Assembly (NCBI GenBank): GCA_934365195.1
Contig: CAKRNA010000006.1
Location: 72,962-136,961 of the forward strand
Reading direction: 5' to 3'
DNA: 64,000 bases
DNA from: an uncultured Clostridia bacterium
Lineage (GTDB): Bacteria; Bacillota; Clostridia; Christensenellales; CAAEEZ01
Positions 9,470 through 17,890 of the stretch are shown here, piece by piece (the stretch's first letter is position 1; every line of letters starts with the position of its first letter). Under the pieces are notes generated by a model. The model had not been told where the DNA came from. It searched no databases and saw only the letters and a list, made by a program, of their open reading frames with translations. Position numbers and translations under genes: made by a program.

Positions 9470-9509
9470 TGTGGAAAACTAAACTTTTTGTGGATAACTT
9501 TGTGGATAA
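9470..9509 (-). promoter_or_regulatory. Cluster of three DnaA boxes in the same orientation (TGTGGAAAA, TGTGGATAA, TGTGGATAA = reverse complement of TTATCCACA)
   Basis: Boxes at 9470-9478 (1 mismatch), 9489-9497 (perfect) and 9501-9509 (perfect). Confidence 0.7.
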
Positions 9510-9704
9510 GTATGTAAAAATATAGAAAAATAAGTGTAATTTGTGATAAAACGCTGTTTTAAAGGGATAGCAACAATCGGGAGTAAAGACTTGTTTTGCC
9601 TAAATATTAAGTAGTGAAAGTTAAGGTTTTTGCTGCAATCGATAAAGCCGGTTATGTTTAATACGTAGTAGTATAGATTTGAATACCTAAGCGGTTGTGG
9701 GTGG

Positions 9705-9975
9705 AAAAAATTTTTCTAAATGAGGTTTTAAAATATTTATAAAAAACGTGTTTTAATAAAGAATAGGATATTTTTGGCAATATTTTTAAAAAATCTTTGT
9801 TTTTATAAAAACTTAGTAATGTCGGGAAGACGCTAATAGAAAAATTTTCTAAAGGAAGTTTAAATTTTTTTATATGAATCGTGTTTTTTATAATAAAAAT
9901 AGGAAGATTTTGGCAATATTTCTAAAAAAATCATTGTTTTTGTAAAAATATACTATTGTCCTGCAGAGAGTTAAA
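9705..9975 (+). repeat. Two tandem ~135-bp AT-rich units; more degenerate copies continue to about 10250
   Basis: The unit AAAAATTTTCTAAAnGAnGTTT...CGTGTTTT...ATAGGAnATTTTGGCAATATTT...TTGTTTTT is repeated at 9705 and 9840, roughly 75 percent identical by eye. Confidence 0.6.
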
Positions 9976-10444
9976 AAATTTTTTGTTAAAAATACACAAA
10001 TAGACGCTATAATACGGTCAAAAAAATGTTTTTAGTAAAATAAATAAACTTGCAGCAAGACGTTTAAAAAGTGTGTTTTATAACAAAATAAATAAAATTA
10101 CGTTATTACCATTAAAAGATTGCGTTTATTTTATAAAATATACGAATAATTATATAAGACTTTTTCGTAATAAAATATATAAATCTACCTCATAATACAC
10201 TAAAAATCGCTGTTTTATTTAATATAATGGATAAAAATGGGGCGAAAAAACTAAAAAAAGGTTTAGTAACAAGATGAAGATAAATGCTACATGAAGAAAA
10301 AAGTAATTATTTAGTAAAATGAACGAAATGTCTTATGCGCCAGGAAAAACTACCTTGATAATATGCTGATTCGTTGATTGCACGAACCACCGGCTATACT
10401 TGAAAGAGAAGGATTAAAAATATTCTGATTTTAAAAGTTTTTTG

Positions 10445-10535
10445 TTAAAATTATAGTGTTTAGTTAAATTTCGTACAATATTTATGCAATTTGGTATATG
10501 CCGAACACGGTTTAGCATTTTTTTAGTAAGCAAAA
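10445..10535 (+). repeat. Copy a of a ~80-90-bp repeat family (TTAGTTAnATTTCGnACAATATTTATGCAATT...TATATnCCGAA...)
   Basis: Aligns with 10703-10785. Partial copies lie at 10621-10680 and about 9301-9350. Confidence 0.6.
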
Positions 10536-10702
10536 GTTTTAATTAGACCGATACCGGTTTAAAAAATATTTTTTTTACTATTTTTTTTGTTATAATTATT
10601 GTATTTACTTAAATTGCTAGGAATATGTATAATATTTTCTATATGCCGGATATGTCTTAGAAGTTTTCTAGTAAGCCAGATGCAATATTTGGCAGAATAG
10701 TG

Positions 10703-10785
10703 TAAAATTATTGTTATTAGTTATATTTCGAACAATATTTATGCAATTCCTATATCCGAATACGCTTTAAGATTTTGTTTGTAAT
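10703..10785 (+). repeat. Copy b of the same repeat family
   Basis: About 80 percent identical by eye to copy a; offset 258 bp. Confidence 0.6.
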
Positions 10786-12760
10786 TGGTTGTTATATTTC
10801 AGTATCTATGGATCTATAATAACCTTTTTGTCTAGATTTAAAATGCCGCATTATTTAAACATTAAAAGATAGTTGCTAATTAGTATTTAGTGAAAATAAT
10901 TAAACTAACACAAATTTAGATGCTGCTAGCGTGCGTTTAGTAGGATAATTTAGTGATATAACGATATTTTGATAAAAAATTAGGGGGTATTGTTAAAAAT
11001 GCACCAGTTTGCTTGTTTGTGGCTTTTTGAATGGCAATATATTTAACGGTATATTTAAATAACAATGTTTAGAGGTTATTTTAATATTTAATTAAAAATA
11101 GGAGAATGGGTAAAAATTAGATTTAATTCAAGTAAAATCTAAATATTTTTGCAATAACAGGGATAAAATATATTATTTTAGAGTTAAAAAGTATTTAATA
11201 TGAAATTTTTTAAATATTAAAATATTTATTATTTTATATTAGAATAGGTTTTTAATCTATTTTTCTTTAATAAAGTGATTATCTTGATAATAAATACTAG
11301 AATATTTGCTACGTTAAATTATAAATTAGTAAAAAATTTTTTAGGCGAAAAGAGGTAATTGCTTGTTTTTAATTATTACAAATTAAAAATTTTTCTATAT
11401 TGCTATGTTAATGTAGTATTCAATAGTATGCAATAAAAACTAATAGAATTTTATTATAAATGTATAAATATACGGCGAAATCTTATTTATTGCATATCTA
11501 TACAAATTAAAAAAGCAAAAATTTATATAAATATGTTATAAACGTTTGCTCACAAGATAAAGCGGTTAAACTGCCGTTTACAGATATTCTTTATTCGGAA
11601 TTTTTTAATAAGTATTTTTAAATATAATTTTATATGAAAAAATGTTTTTGTTCAGTTTGTTTAGCGTTTGATAATTTTTGGTTAAAACTTTATTTTCGTA
11701 TTCGTTTTTATTTTTCTATTACTTATATCTGCATGCATAGTAAAACAATAAGTAAATTTAGTTGAACCGATTCAAGCAGGTTGCTTTGTCAGTATGATTC
11801 GTCAATTTTTAGGAAAAGGAGTGGTGAGGCTTAGGGGGAAACATTTTTTTCTAATTATTATGAAGCGAAGATGTTAAAATTAAATGGAACAACAGTTTCA
11901 ATTTAAAAAGATAAAGGAATAAGGACATTAAATTCTACTGCTACTTAGGTGGAGTGCAACAGTGGATACCTAAAAATTGCAAAGTTGAAACGTTTCAAGT
12001 TAATTAGAATACCGGTATTATCTCGAATGCCAAAGACTAATTTGATGAAACGTGATTGCTTGAATGTTTTAAATAATCTATATAAATTTAGCAGTACGAA
12101 GTTGTAAAAAAACCTCTATTAGTAAAAAGTCGAATTGTTTTAAGTTGCGTTTATTATATCTCTACGAGGAGAATTACGGTGTATTTTTTGGGAAAAGATT
12201 AAAAAGAATCGAGGTCGAAAAAACTGAACAAACGTTTGGTTTTTATTGACTAGATAAGATTTGTTTTCATTAACGTGGGAGGATTTGGTTTAACATATTA
12301 AATTTTTCTAATTACAAATAAAAGTAGTTATTTCAGTGCTTGTTTAACAAAAAATTGAAATATAAATAGTTAAGGAATACAATAGTTAGAATTATTAGGG
12401 GCAATTTTTTTCCTTACATATATAAATCAGTGGCAGGAAAGTTAGGGTTTAATCGGTTCACCATTATTGAATGCAGCAAGTATTTGTTTGATGCTATTTA
12501 AAAAGGGGAAAATCAACAATAATATCGGAAAAAAATAATTAAAATTGTCAATATGGCGTGGAAAAAGTTCATAATTGTGATAAAAACGGCGGTTTGCGTA
12601 GATATTTTTTATTTTGGGTTGGTAAGCGCTGTGAAACTGGTAGCAAATATTTGCAATTTTTGTAAAACGTAAGAAAATATGGCAGAAGAAAATGATTCGA
12701 AAGAAAATAAGAAAAAGAGTAGATGATAAGATGAGAAGAAGAGAGAAAGGAAAGGGGGAA

Positions 12761-12945
12761 ATTAGCCAAGGGAAAAGGCGTAAAAAAGGTGATTTGCGGG
12801 CAAAAAGCGAAAAATAGTGTGAGAAGTTTGTATCGAGGGAATCAAATTAGGAAATTGAGGGGGAGGAATGAAGTAGAGGCTTAAAACATAAAACGGGCGG
12901 TGTTAGGTTGAATATAAAACGGGCGTGGTTTAGCGTGGATATAAA
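12761..12945 (+). repeat. Left purine-rich bracket segment of the small-gene island
   Basis: It shares the exact 23-mer GGTGATTTGCGGGCAAAAAGCGA (12788-12810) with 17974-17996. It also shares colinear AAGGGGGAAAT and GTGGATATAAA blocks. Confidence 0.65.
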
Positions 12946-13031
12946 GCGGACGAGGGTAAAATTTACAAGGTGAAAAAGGAAGAATAAAAAATTTTTTAGG
13001 AAGGCGGCGGTTATCTAAAGATAAAAAAATC

Positions 13032-13059
13032 TTGACAAAAAAAGGGGATATGATATAAT
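13032..13059 (+). promoter_or_regulatory. Near-consensus sigma-A promoter (TTGACA-N16-TGaTATAAT)
   Basis: TTGACA at 13032-13037 and TATAAT at 13054-13059 with a TG extension; no CDS for the next ~465 nt. Confidence 0.65.
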
Positions 13060-13524
13060 GAAAGTAGGTGGCAAGGGTTTTCCTGATTAACCGATTTGAA
13101 AATTGTTTTATTGATTTTGAATTTAGTTTAAATTTTTTCTTGTATAGTATTAAAAAAGTTTAGAAAGTTTTGCAAGTTATTTTATTTTGGTTTTTTGTTT
13201 TTAATTTAAGCGTAAAAAGTTGGTTTGGCGTTTTGAGAATTAAAAATATGGTTGAATTTGAACGAATTAGTTGTTTTAGTAAGCCTGTTTGGTGCGGCTT
13301 AGCATCATTTTGGGGCATGAAAGGATTTAGGTTAAAGCCGTGAATTGTTTTTGGAAAATGGGCGGTTTGAAAGTAAGTAAGATTTTAAAGTATTTAAAAT
13401 GTTTGGTTAAACGGTTTGTGGCGTTTTATTTAAAAATTTGATTATCGTATTTGATAAGTATCACGAAAAAAAAGTAATCCTATTAAATAGGTTTTGAAAA
13501 TTAAGTAATAAAAGGAGGAAGGAT

Positions 13525-13818
13525 ATGGCGTTATTTGACAAATCTTATCTTGATAAAGAAAGAAACGTTATGGTGTTTGAAGTAAATAGGTACATGCTTG
13601 AAGACGAAAGCGAAGAAGAAAGAAAAACCGGTATGGCAGGGGTTCTAATTTATGAATTTAAAAAAATGTTTCCTGAAAAAAAGGAAGAGTTGGCAAAAGT
13701 TGGAGCAAATATAGCAGAACTTGAAAACGGAGACCCAGATGACGCAGAAAATACTTTAACGTTAAAAAGTATAAACAAGTTTGCATACGAATTATTTATG
13801 GTATTAAAAGATGAATAA
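13525..13818 (+). CDS. Small acidic protein, array A copy 1 (family not recognised)
   Basis: RBS AAAGGAGG about 6 nt upstream; MALFDKSYLDKERNVMVFEV...; 4 tandem paralogs. Confidence 0.75.
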   Translation: MALFDKSYLDKERNVMVFEVNRYMLEDESEEERKTGMAGVLIYEFKKMFPEKKEELAKVGANIAELENGDPDDAENTLTLKSINKFAYELFMVLKDE

Positions 13819-13896
13819 ACGGTTTAGTAAATATAGTTTGAAAAATTAGTTATTACAAAAAATATGAAAAAATATCTGATAAAAAGGAGGCACGAT

Positions 13897-14187
13897 ATGG
13901 CGTTATTTGACAAATCTTATTTAGACGAAGAAAGAAACGTTATGGTGTATGAAATCAATAAGCACACTCTTGAAGACGAAAGCGAAGAGGCTTGCAAAAA
14001 CGGTATTGTAGCGGCTTTAATTTTTGAACTTAAAAAAATGTTTCCTGAAAAAAAGGAAGAGTTAACAAAAATTAGAGCAAATATAACAGAACTTAAAAAC
14101 GGGGACCCAAATGATGCAGAAAATACTTTAATGTTAAAAAGTATAAATAAGTTTGCGTACGAATTATTTATGGTATTGAAAGATTAA
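13897..14187 (+). CDS. Small acidic protein, array A copy 2
   Basis: The start is moved to the MALFDKSY ATG, which is preceded by AAAGGAGG. It is closest to copy 1. Confidence 0.75.
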   Translation: MALFDKSYLDEERNVMVYEINKHTLEDESEEACKNGIVAALIFELKKMFPEKKEELTKIRANITELKNGDPNDAENTLMLKSINKFAYELFMVLKD

Positions 14188-14279
14188 TAAACGGTTTAGT
14201 AAAGATGGCTTGAAAGAATTAGTTATTACAAGAAATTAAAAAAATATGAAAAAAATATCTGATAAAAAGGAGGCACGAT

Positions 14280-14573
14280 ATGGCGTTATTTGACAAATCT
14301 TATTTAGACGAAGAAAGGAATGTTATGGTGTATGAAGTAGGTAGGTACACCCTTGAAGATATGGGGGAAGAAGAAAGAAAGGTTGGTATGGTATCCTCAT
14401 ATATCGACCGAATAATTGAAAAATATCCTCAAAAAGAAGAGGAATTAAGAAAAATAAATAAGTACGTAAATGAACTAATGCAATCGTGTTATGAAAATGT
14501 AGAAGAATTGTTAATGCTTTATGGTATGGATAAAATTTTAGAAATGCTTTACGAAGTTTTACGAAATGAATAA
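14280..14573 (+). CDS. Small acidic protein, array A copy 3 (most diverged C-terminal half)
   Basis: Same N-terminus MALFDKSYLDEERNVMVYEV; RBS AAAGGAGG. Confidence 0.75.
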   Translation: MALFDKSYLDEERNVMVYEVGRYTLEDMGEEERKVGMVSSYIDRIIEKYPQKEEELRKINKYVNELMQSCYENVEELLMLYGMDKILEMLYEVLRNE

Positions 14574-14665
14574 AGCAGAAGACTTAGCGTTTTTAAATAG
14601 AAAAGGAAAAGCAATTTTATTAAAAAGGGTTTTGATAAAAAAAGTAATAAAAGGAGAAGAAAAAA

Positions 14666-14995
14666 ATGGCATTATTTGACAAATCTTATTTAGACAAAGA
14701 AAGGGACGTTTGTGTATTCGAAGTAGATAAGGAAAAACTTGAAGACGTAAGCGAAGAGGCTTACAAAGACGGCATTGTAGGTGTTTTGGTTGGCGAACTT
14801 ATGGATATGTTTCCAAAAAAAGAGGACGAACTTCTAAAAATCACTACCAAAATAAATAAACTTAAATATAGAGAGCCTAGGGATGCAGAAAACACTTTAA
14901 TCCTAGAAGGTATCAATAGTTTTGCTGAGCAGTTGTTTATGGTTCTGAAAGACTGTAAAACAAGAAAAAAGCAAAAGTTTTTGGGGAGAAATTAA
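14666..14995 (+). CDS. Small acidic protein, array A copy 4 (basic C-terminal extension)
   Basis: MALFDKSYLDKERDVCVFEV...; RBS AAGGAGAAG. Confidence 0.75.
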   Translation: MALFDKSYLDKERDVCVFEVDKEKLEDVSEEAYKDGIVGVLVGELMDMFPKKEDELLKITTKINKLKYREPRDAENTLILEGINSFAEQLFMVLKDCKTRKKQKFLGRN

Positions 14996-15099
14996 GGAAA
15001 TAAAACCCCCGCAAAATGAAGAAAAAGTAGAACACGATAAAATCGTTAAAATAATTGAAAAGAGAAAATGGAAATAACAAAAAACAGGAGGAATTTGTT

Positions 15100-15489
15100 A
15101 TGATTATAATAGAAGAACATCACGTACAAGGGGACGGCCCAACCGTACAAGAGATACGAGCAATGGAAAGAGCAGAGAAAATGAAAACAGAGCCGGAGAA
15201 CGTGGTAGATTTGGGCAAGTGGGGAACGCAAGCGATAAATATAATGGAAGAGGGAAACAAGGAACTGTATATGAAACTGAAAAAAGAGATGAAGTTAGTG
15301 CCGTTCCTATTAGACCTGAACGAAACGTGCTTGCAGTCGTTTATAAAAATGAAAGAACAAATGTGGCCAAAAGCGACAGGCGACTTTTTGACGGACTGGC
15401 AGAACAGAGAGGCAGTAGTGAGGACGATAGACGAAATCCTACTGAACGACGTAATAATCCCTGCAGTAATGGTGGGTAAAAAGTATTAG
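15100..15489 (+). CDS. TnpV-like protein (transposon/ICE-associated small protein family)
   Basis: The start is set at the ATG after AGGAGG (MIIIEEHH...). The pattern LGKWG...LY.KL...L.FLLDLNE...W....R......DEIL.NDVI resembles Tn4451 TnpV as I remember it. Confidence 0.5.
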   Translation: MIIIEEHHVQGDGPTVQEIRAMERAEKMKTEPENVVDLGKWGTQAINIMEEGNKELYMKLKKEMKLVPFLLDLNETCLQSFIKMKEQMWPKATGDFLTDWQNREAVVRTIDEILLNDVIIPAVMVGKKY

Positions 15490-15706
15490 AAATATAAGAA
15501 AGAGGAATGAAATGTAAGTAAAGCCTAATAGCGTGGCATTATAGTGTGTTTTTGATATTAAATTAAGTGGATATGGCAAGAAAACATTGCTAAAGCGAAA
15601 AGGTCGCCTTATCAAAAAGGAATATGTCTAAGACTAATAAATCTATTAGGAGTATTTGATATTAGACAGAAAAACTTGTTGAGAAACTGTTGCGCTTTGC
15701 TAAAAA

Positions 15707-15734
15707 TTGACTTTTGGTGAAAAATTAGTATAAT
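15707..15734 (+). promoter_or_regulatory. Promoter of array B copy 1 (TTGACT-N16-TATAAT)
   Basis: Read directly; repeated with a 496-bp period. Confidence 0.6.
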
Positions 15735-15762
15735 AAGAAAACAAATGAGAGGACGATGCCTT

Positions 15763-16104
15763 ATGATGAAAATGTTGATACAACTTGACGAAGAAAAAGT
15801 TTTGAGCGATGAAAAGTACGCACTTGAAGATATGTGGAGAGTAATAGATAAGCAGTTTGCCGGAGAATGCGACAAGGAAGTACAGCCAGACGGCTCAGTA
15901 TTGTATTCGGGTAATCCAAACAAAGATTATTATACTCGTATAAATTTGGCGTATTATTCATTAAAGAGAAAGAAGTGGTTTGCCGAATATTGTAAACGTT
16001 GGGTATGGTATGATAATGATTACAATGAATCAATGCCGTTGGACGAGATAGATGTTATAGCAGAAGAAAAAAAAGACAATCCGCTGTTTGCAACAGATAA
16101 GTAG
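15763..16104 (+). CDS. Small protein, array B copy 1 (family not recognised)
   Basis: The start is set at MMKMLIQLDEEK, 9 nt after GAGAGGA. The ORF-track start at 15745 would lie about 4 nt from the predicted TSS. Confidence 0.7.
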   Translation: MMKMLIQLDEEKVLSDEKYALEDMWRVIDKQFAGECDKEVQPDGSVLYSGNPNKDYYTRINLAYYSLKRKKWFAEYCKRWVWYDNDYNESMPLDEIDVIAEEKKDNPLFATDK

Positions 16105-16202
16105 CGAATTGAAAAAGAAATTCAAAATCTAATAAGTTTAATAAAAGTTTTTTATATCAAACAGAAGAAAATTGCTAAGAAACTGTTGTGTTTTGCGAAA
16201 AA

Positions 16203-16230
16203 TTGACTTTTGGTGAAAAATTAGTATAAT
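16203..16230 (+). promoter_or_regulatory. Promoter of array B copy 2
   Basis: Identical TTGACT...TATAAT, 496 bp after the copy 1 promoter. Confidence 0.6.
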
Positions 16231-16258
16231 AAGAAAAAAAATGAGAGGACTATGCCCT

Positions 16259-16600
16259 ATGATGAAAATGTTAATACAACTTGACGAAGAAAAAGTTTTG
16301 AGCGATGAAAAGTACGCACTAGAAGATATGTGGAGAATAATAGATAAGCAGTTTGCCGGAGAATGCGACAAGGAAGTGCAGCCTGATGGTGCGGTTTTAT
16401 ACTCAGGTAATCCAAACAAAGATTATTTTACTCGTATCGGAGTGGCTTATGTATATTTGAAAAGAAAGAAGTGGTTTGCAGAATATTGTAAACGTTGGAT
16501 ATGGTATGATAATGATTACAATGAATCAATGCCATTTGATGAAATAGATGTTTTATCTCGCCAAAGGGAAAAGAATCCGCTGTTTGCAACAGATAAGTAG
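16259..16600 (+). CDS. Small protein, array B copy 2
   Basis: Paralog; its 3' ~190 nt are identical to copy 4 except for one codon. Confidence 0.7.
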   Translation: MMKMLIQLDEEKVLSDEKYALEDMWRIIDKQFAGECDKEVQPDGAVLYSGNPNKDYFTRIGVAYVYLKRKKWFAEYCKRWIWYDNDYNESMPFDEIDVLSRQREKNPLFATDK

Positions 16601-16698
16601 CGAATTGCAAAAGAAATTCAAAATCTAATAAGTTTAATAAAAGTTTTTTATATCAAACAGAAGAAACTTGCTGAGAAACTGTTGCGCTTTGCTAAAAA

Positions 16699-16726
16699 TT
16701 GACTTTTGGTGAAAAATTAGTATAAT
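16699..16726 (+). promoter_or_regulatory. Promoter of array B copy 3
   Basis: Identical TTGACT...TATAAT, a further 496 bp downstream. Confidence 0.6.
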
Positions 16727-16754
16727 AAGAAAACAAATGAGAGGACGATGCCTT

Positions 16755-17096
16755 ATGATGAAAATGTTGATACAACTTGACGAAGAACGAGTTTTGAGCG
16801 ATGAAAAGTACGCACTAGAAGATATGTGGAGAGTAATAGATAAGCAGTTTGCCGGAGAATGCGACAAGGAAGTACAGCCTGACGGCTCGGTCTTGTATTC
16901 GGGCAATCCAAACAAAGATTATTATACTAAAATAATGTTAGCCTATATGAGTTTAAGTGATAAAAAATGGTTTGCGGAATACTGCATTAAATGGATATGG
17001 TATGATAATGATGACAATGAGGAGTTACCGTTTCAAAATATTGACGTGCTGGGAAAGGAAAGAAAGAGAAACCCCTTATTTGCAATAGAGCAGTAA
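16755..17096 (+). CDS. Small protein, array B copy 3 (most diverged C-terminal half)
   Basis: Paralog; its N-terminal half is nearly identical to copy 1. Confidence 0.7.
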   Translation: MMKMLIQLDEERVLSDEKYALEDMWRVIDKQFAGECDKEVQPDGSVLYSGNPNKDYYTKIMLAYMSLSDKKWFAEYCIKWIWYDNDDNEELPFQNIDVLGKERKRNPLFAIEQ

Positions 17097-17288
17097 CGGA
17101 ATGTAAAAGAAAGGCTAAGTTTAATAAGCAATATGCCTAATAAAAAACAAGATGTTCAAGCCTTATCGAAAATGAATATATCTAAGACTAATAAATCTAT
17201 TAGGAGATTTTATATCAAAAGAAAAAACTTGCTAAGAAACTGTTGTGTTTTGCGAAAAAATACTAAAAAAAAGAGAGGATTATACCTT

Positions 17289-17630
17289 ATGATGAAAATG
17301 TTGATACAACTTGATGAAGAAAAAGTGTTAAGCGATGAAAAGTACGCACTTGAAGATATGTGGAGAGTAATAGATAAGCAGTTTGCCGGAGAATGCGACA
17401 AGGAAGTGCAACCTGATGGTTCGGTTTTGTACTCAGGTAATCCAAACAAAGATTATTTTACTCGTATCGGAGTGGCTTATGTATATTTGAAAAGAAAGAA
17501 GTGGTTTGCAGAATATTGTAAACGTTGGATATGGTATGATAATGATTACAATGAATCAATGCCATTTGATGAAATAGATGTTTTATCTCGCCAAAGGGAA
17601 AAGAATCCGCTGTTTATAACAGATAAGTAG
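17289..17630 (+). CDS. Small protein, array B copy 4 (own promoter replaced)
   Basis: The start is set at MMKMLIQL. The ORF-track N-terminal extension from 17133 runs through the repeat-unit leader. The TTGACT...TATAAT block is missing upstream. Confidence 0.7.
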   Translation: MMKMLIQLDEEKVLSDEKYALEDMWRVIDKQFAGECDKEVQPDGSVLYSGNPNKDYFTRIGVAYVYLKRKKWFAEYCKRWIWYDNDYNESMPFDEIDVLSRQREKNPLFITDK

Positions 17631-17890
17631 CAAATTAAAAAAGCAGGCAAAAAACAAAAGCGAATAAACTTTTTAATAACGTGGCTAAAAGGCTGTAAAA
17701 TAAAGAGAAACAAACGTTAAAAAGGCAAAGCAATAATTGTAATTAAAGGTAAACGACGGTGACAAAATTGTTAGTAAACAGTTGGGTTACAGGTCGTTTT
17801 ATTTTTGATTAGCATATTACGATAAGCGTAATTATCGTTGTACGACGTAGAAAAAATAAAAAAAACACGATGAAAAGTAAGGTAATTAAA

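Noticed and set aside
8100-11000. Possible CRISPR array, given the many repeats in non-coding DNA
   Set aside because: The repeats are degenerate (75-85 percent identity), AT-rich, and of 32, ~135 and ~85 bp with no regular repeat-spacer architecture. There are no cas genes in the window.
12569-12769. Minus-strand ORFs inside purine-rich tracts (also 17809-18054, 45503-45823, 45571-45819, 58049-58231, 55789-55977)
   Set aside because: These are low-complexity F/L/S/P/Y-rich translations of pyrimidine-rich strands with no RBS. They are artefacts of the compositional skew.
15612-17449. Four conserved antisense ORFs (93-103 aa, MFGLPEYKTEPSGCTSLSH...) opposite the 5' halves of the array B genes
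   Set aside because: Their conservation is just the near-identity of the sense-strand repeat units. At least one (16138-16419) begins at TTG, I saw no RBS, and the composition is S/L/F-rich, as expected for the reverse complement of K/E/D-rich coding sequence.
15763-17630. Diversity-generating retroelement (template/variable repeat) as an explanation for the variable C-terminal halves of array B
   Set aside because: There is no reverse transcriptase in the window. The differences between copies are not restricted to adenine positions and include indel-free but fully mixed substitutions.
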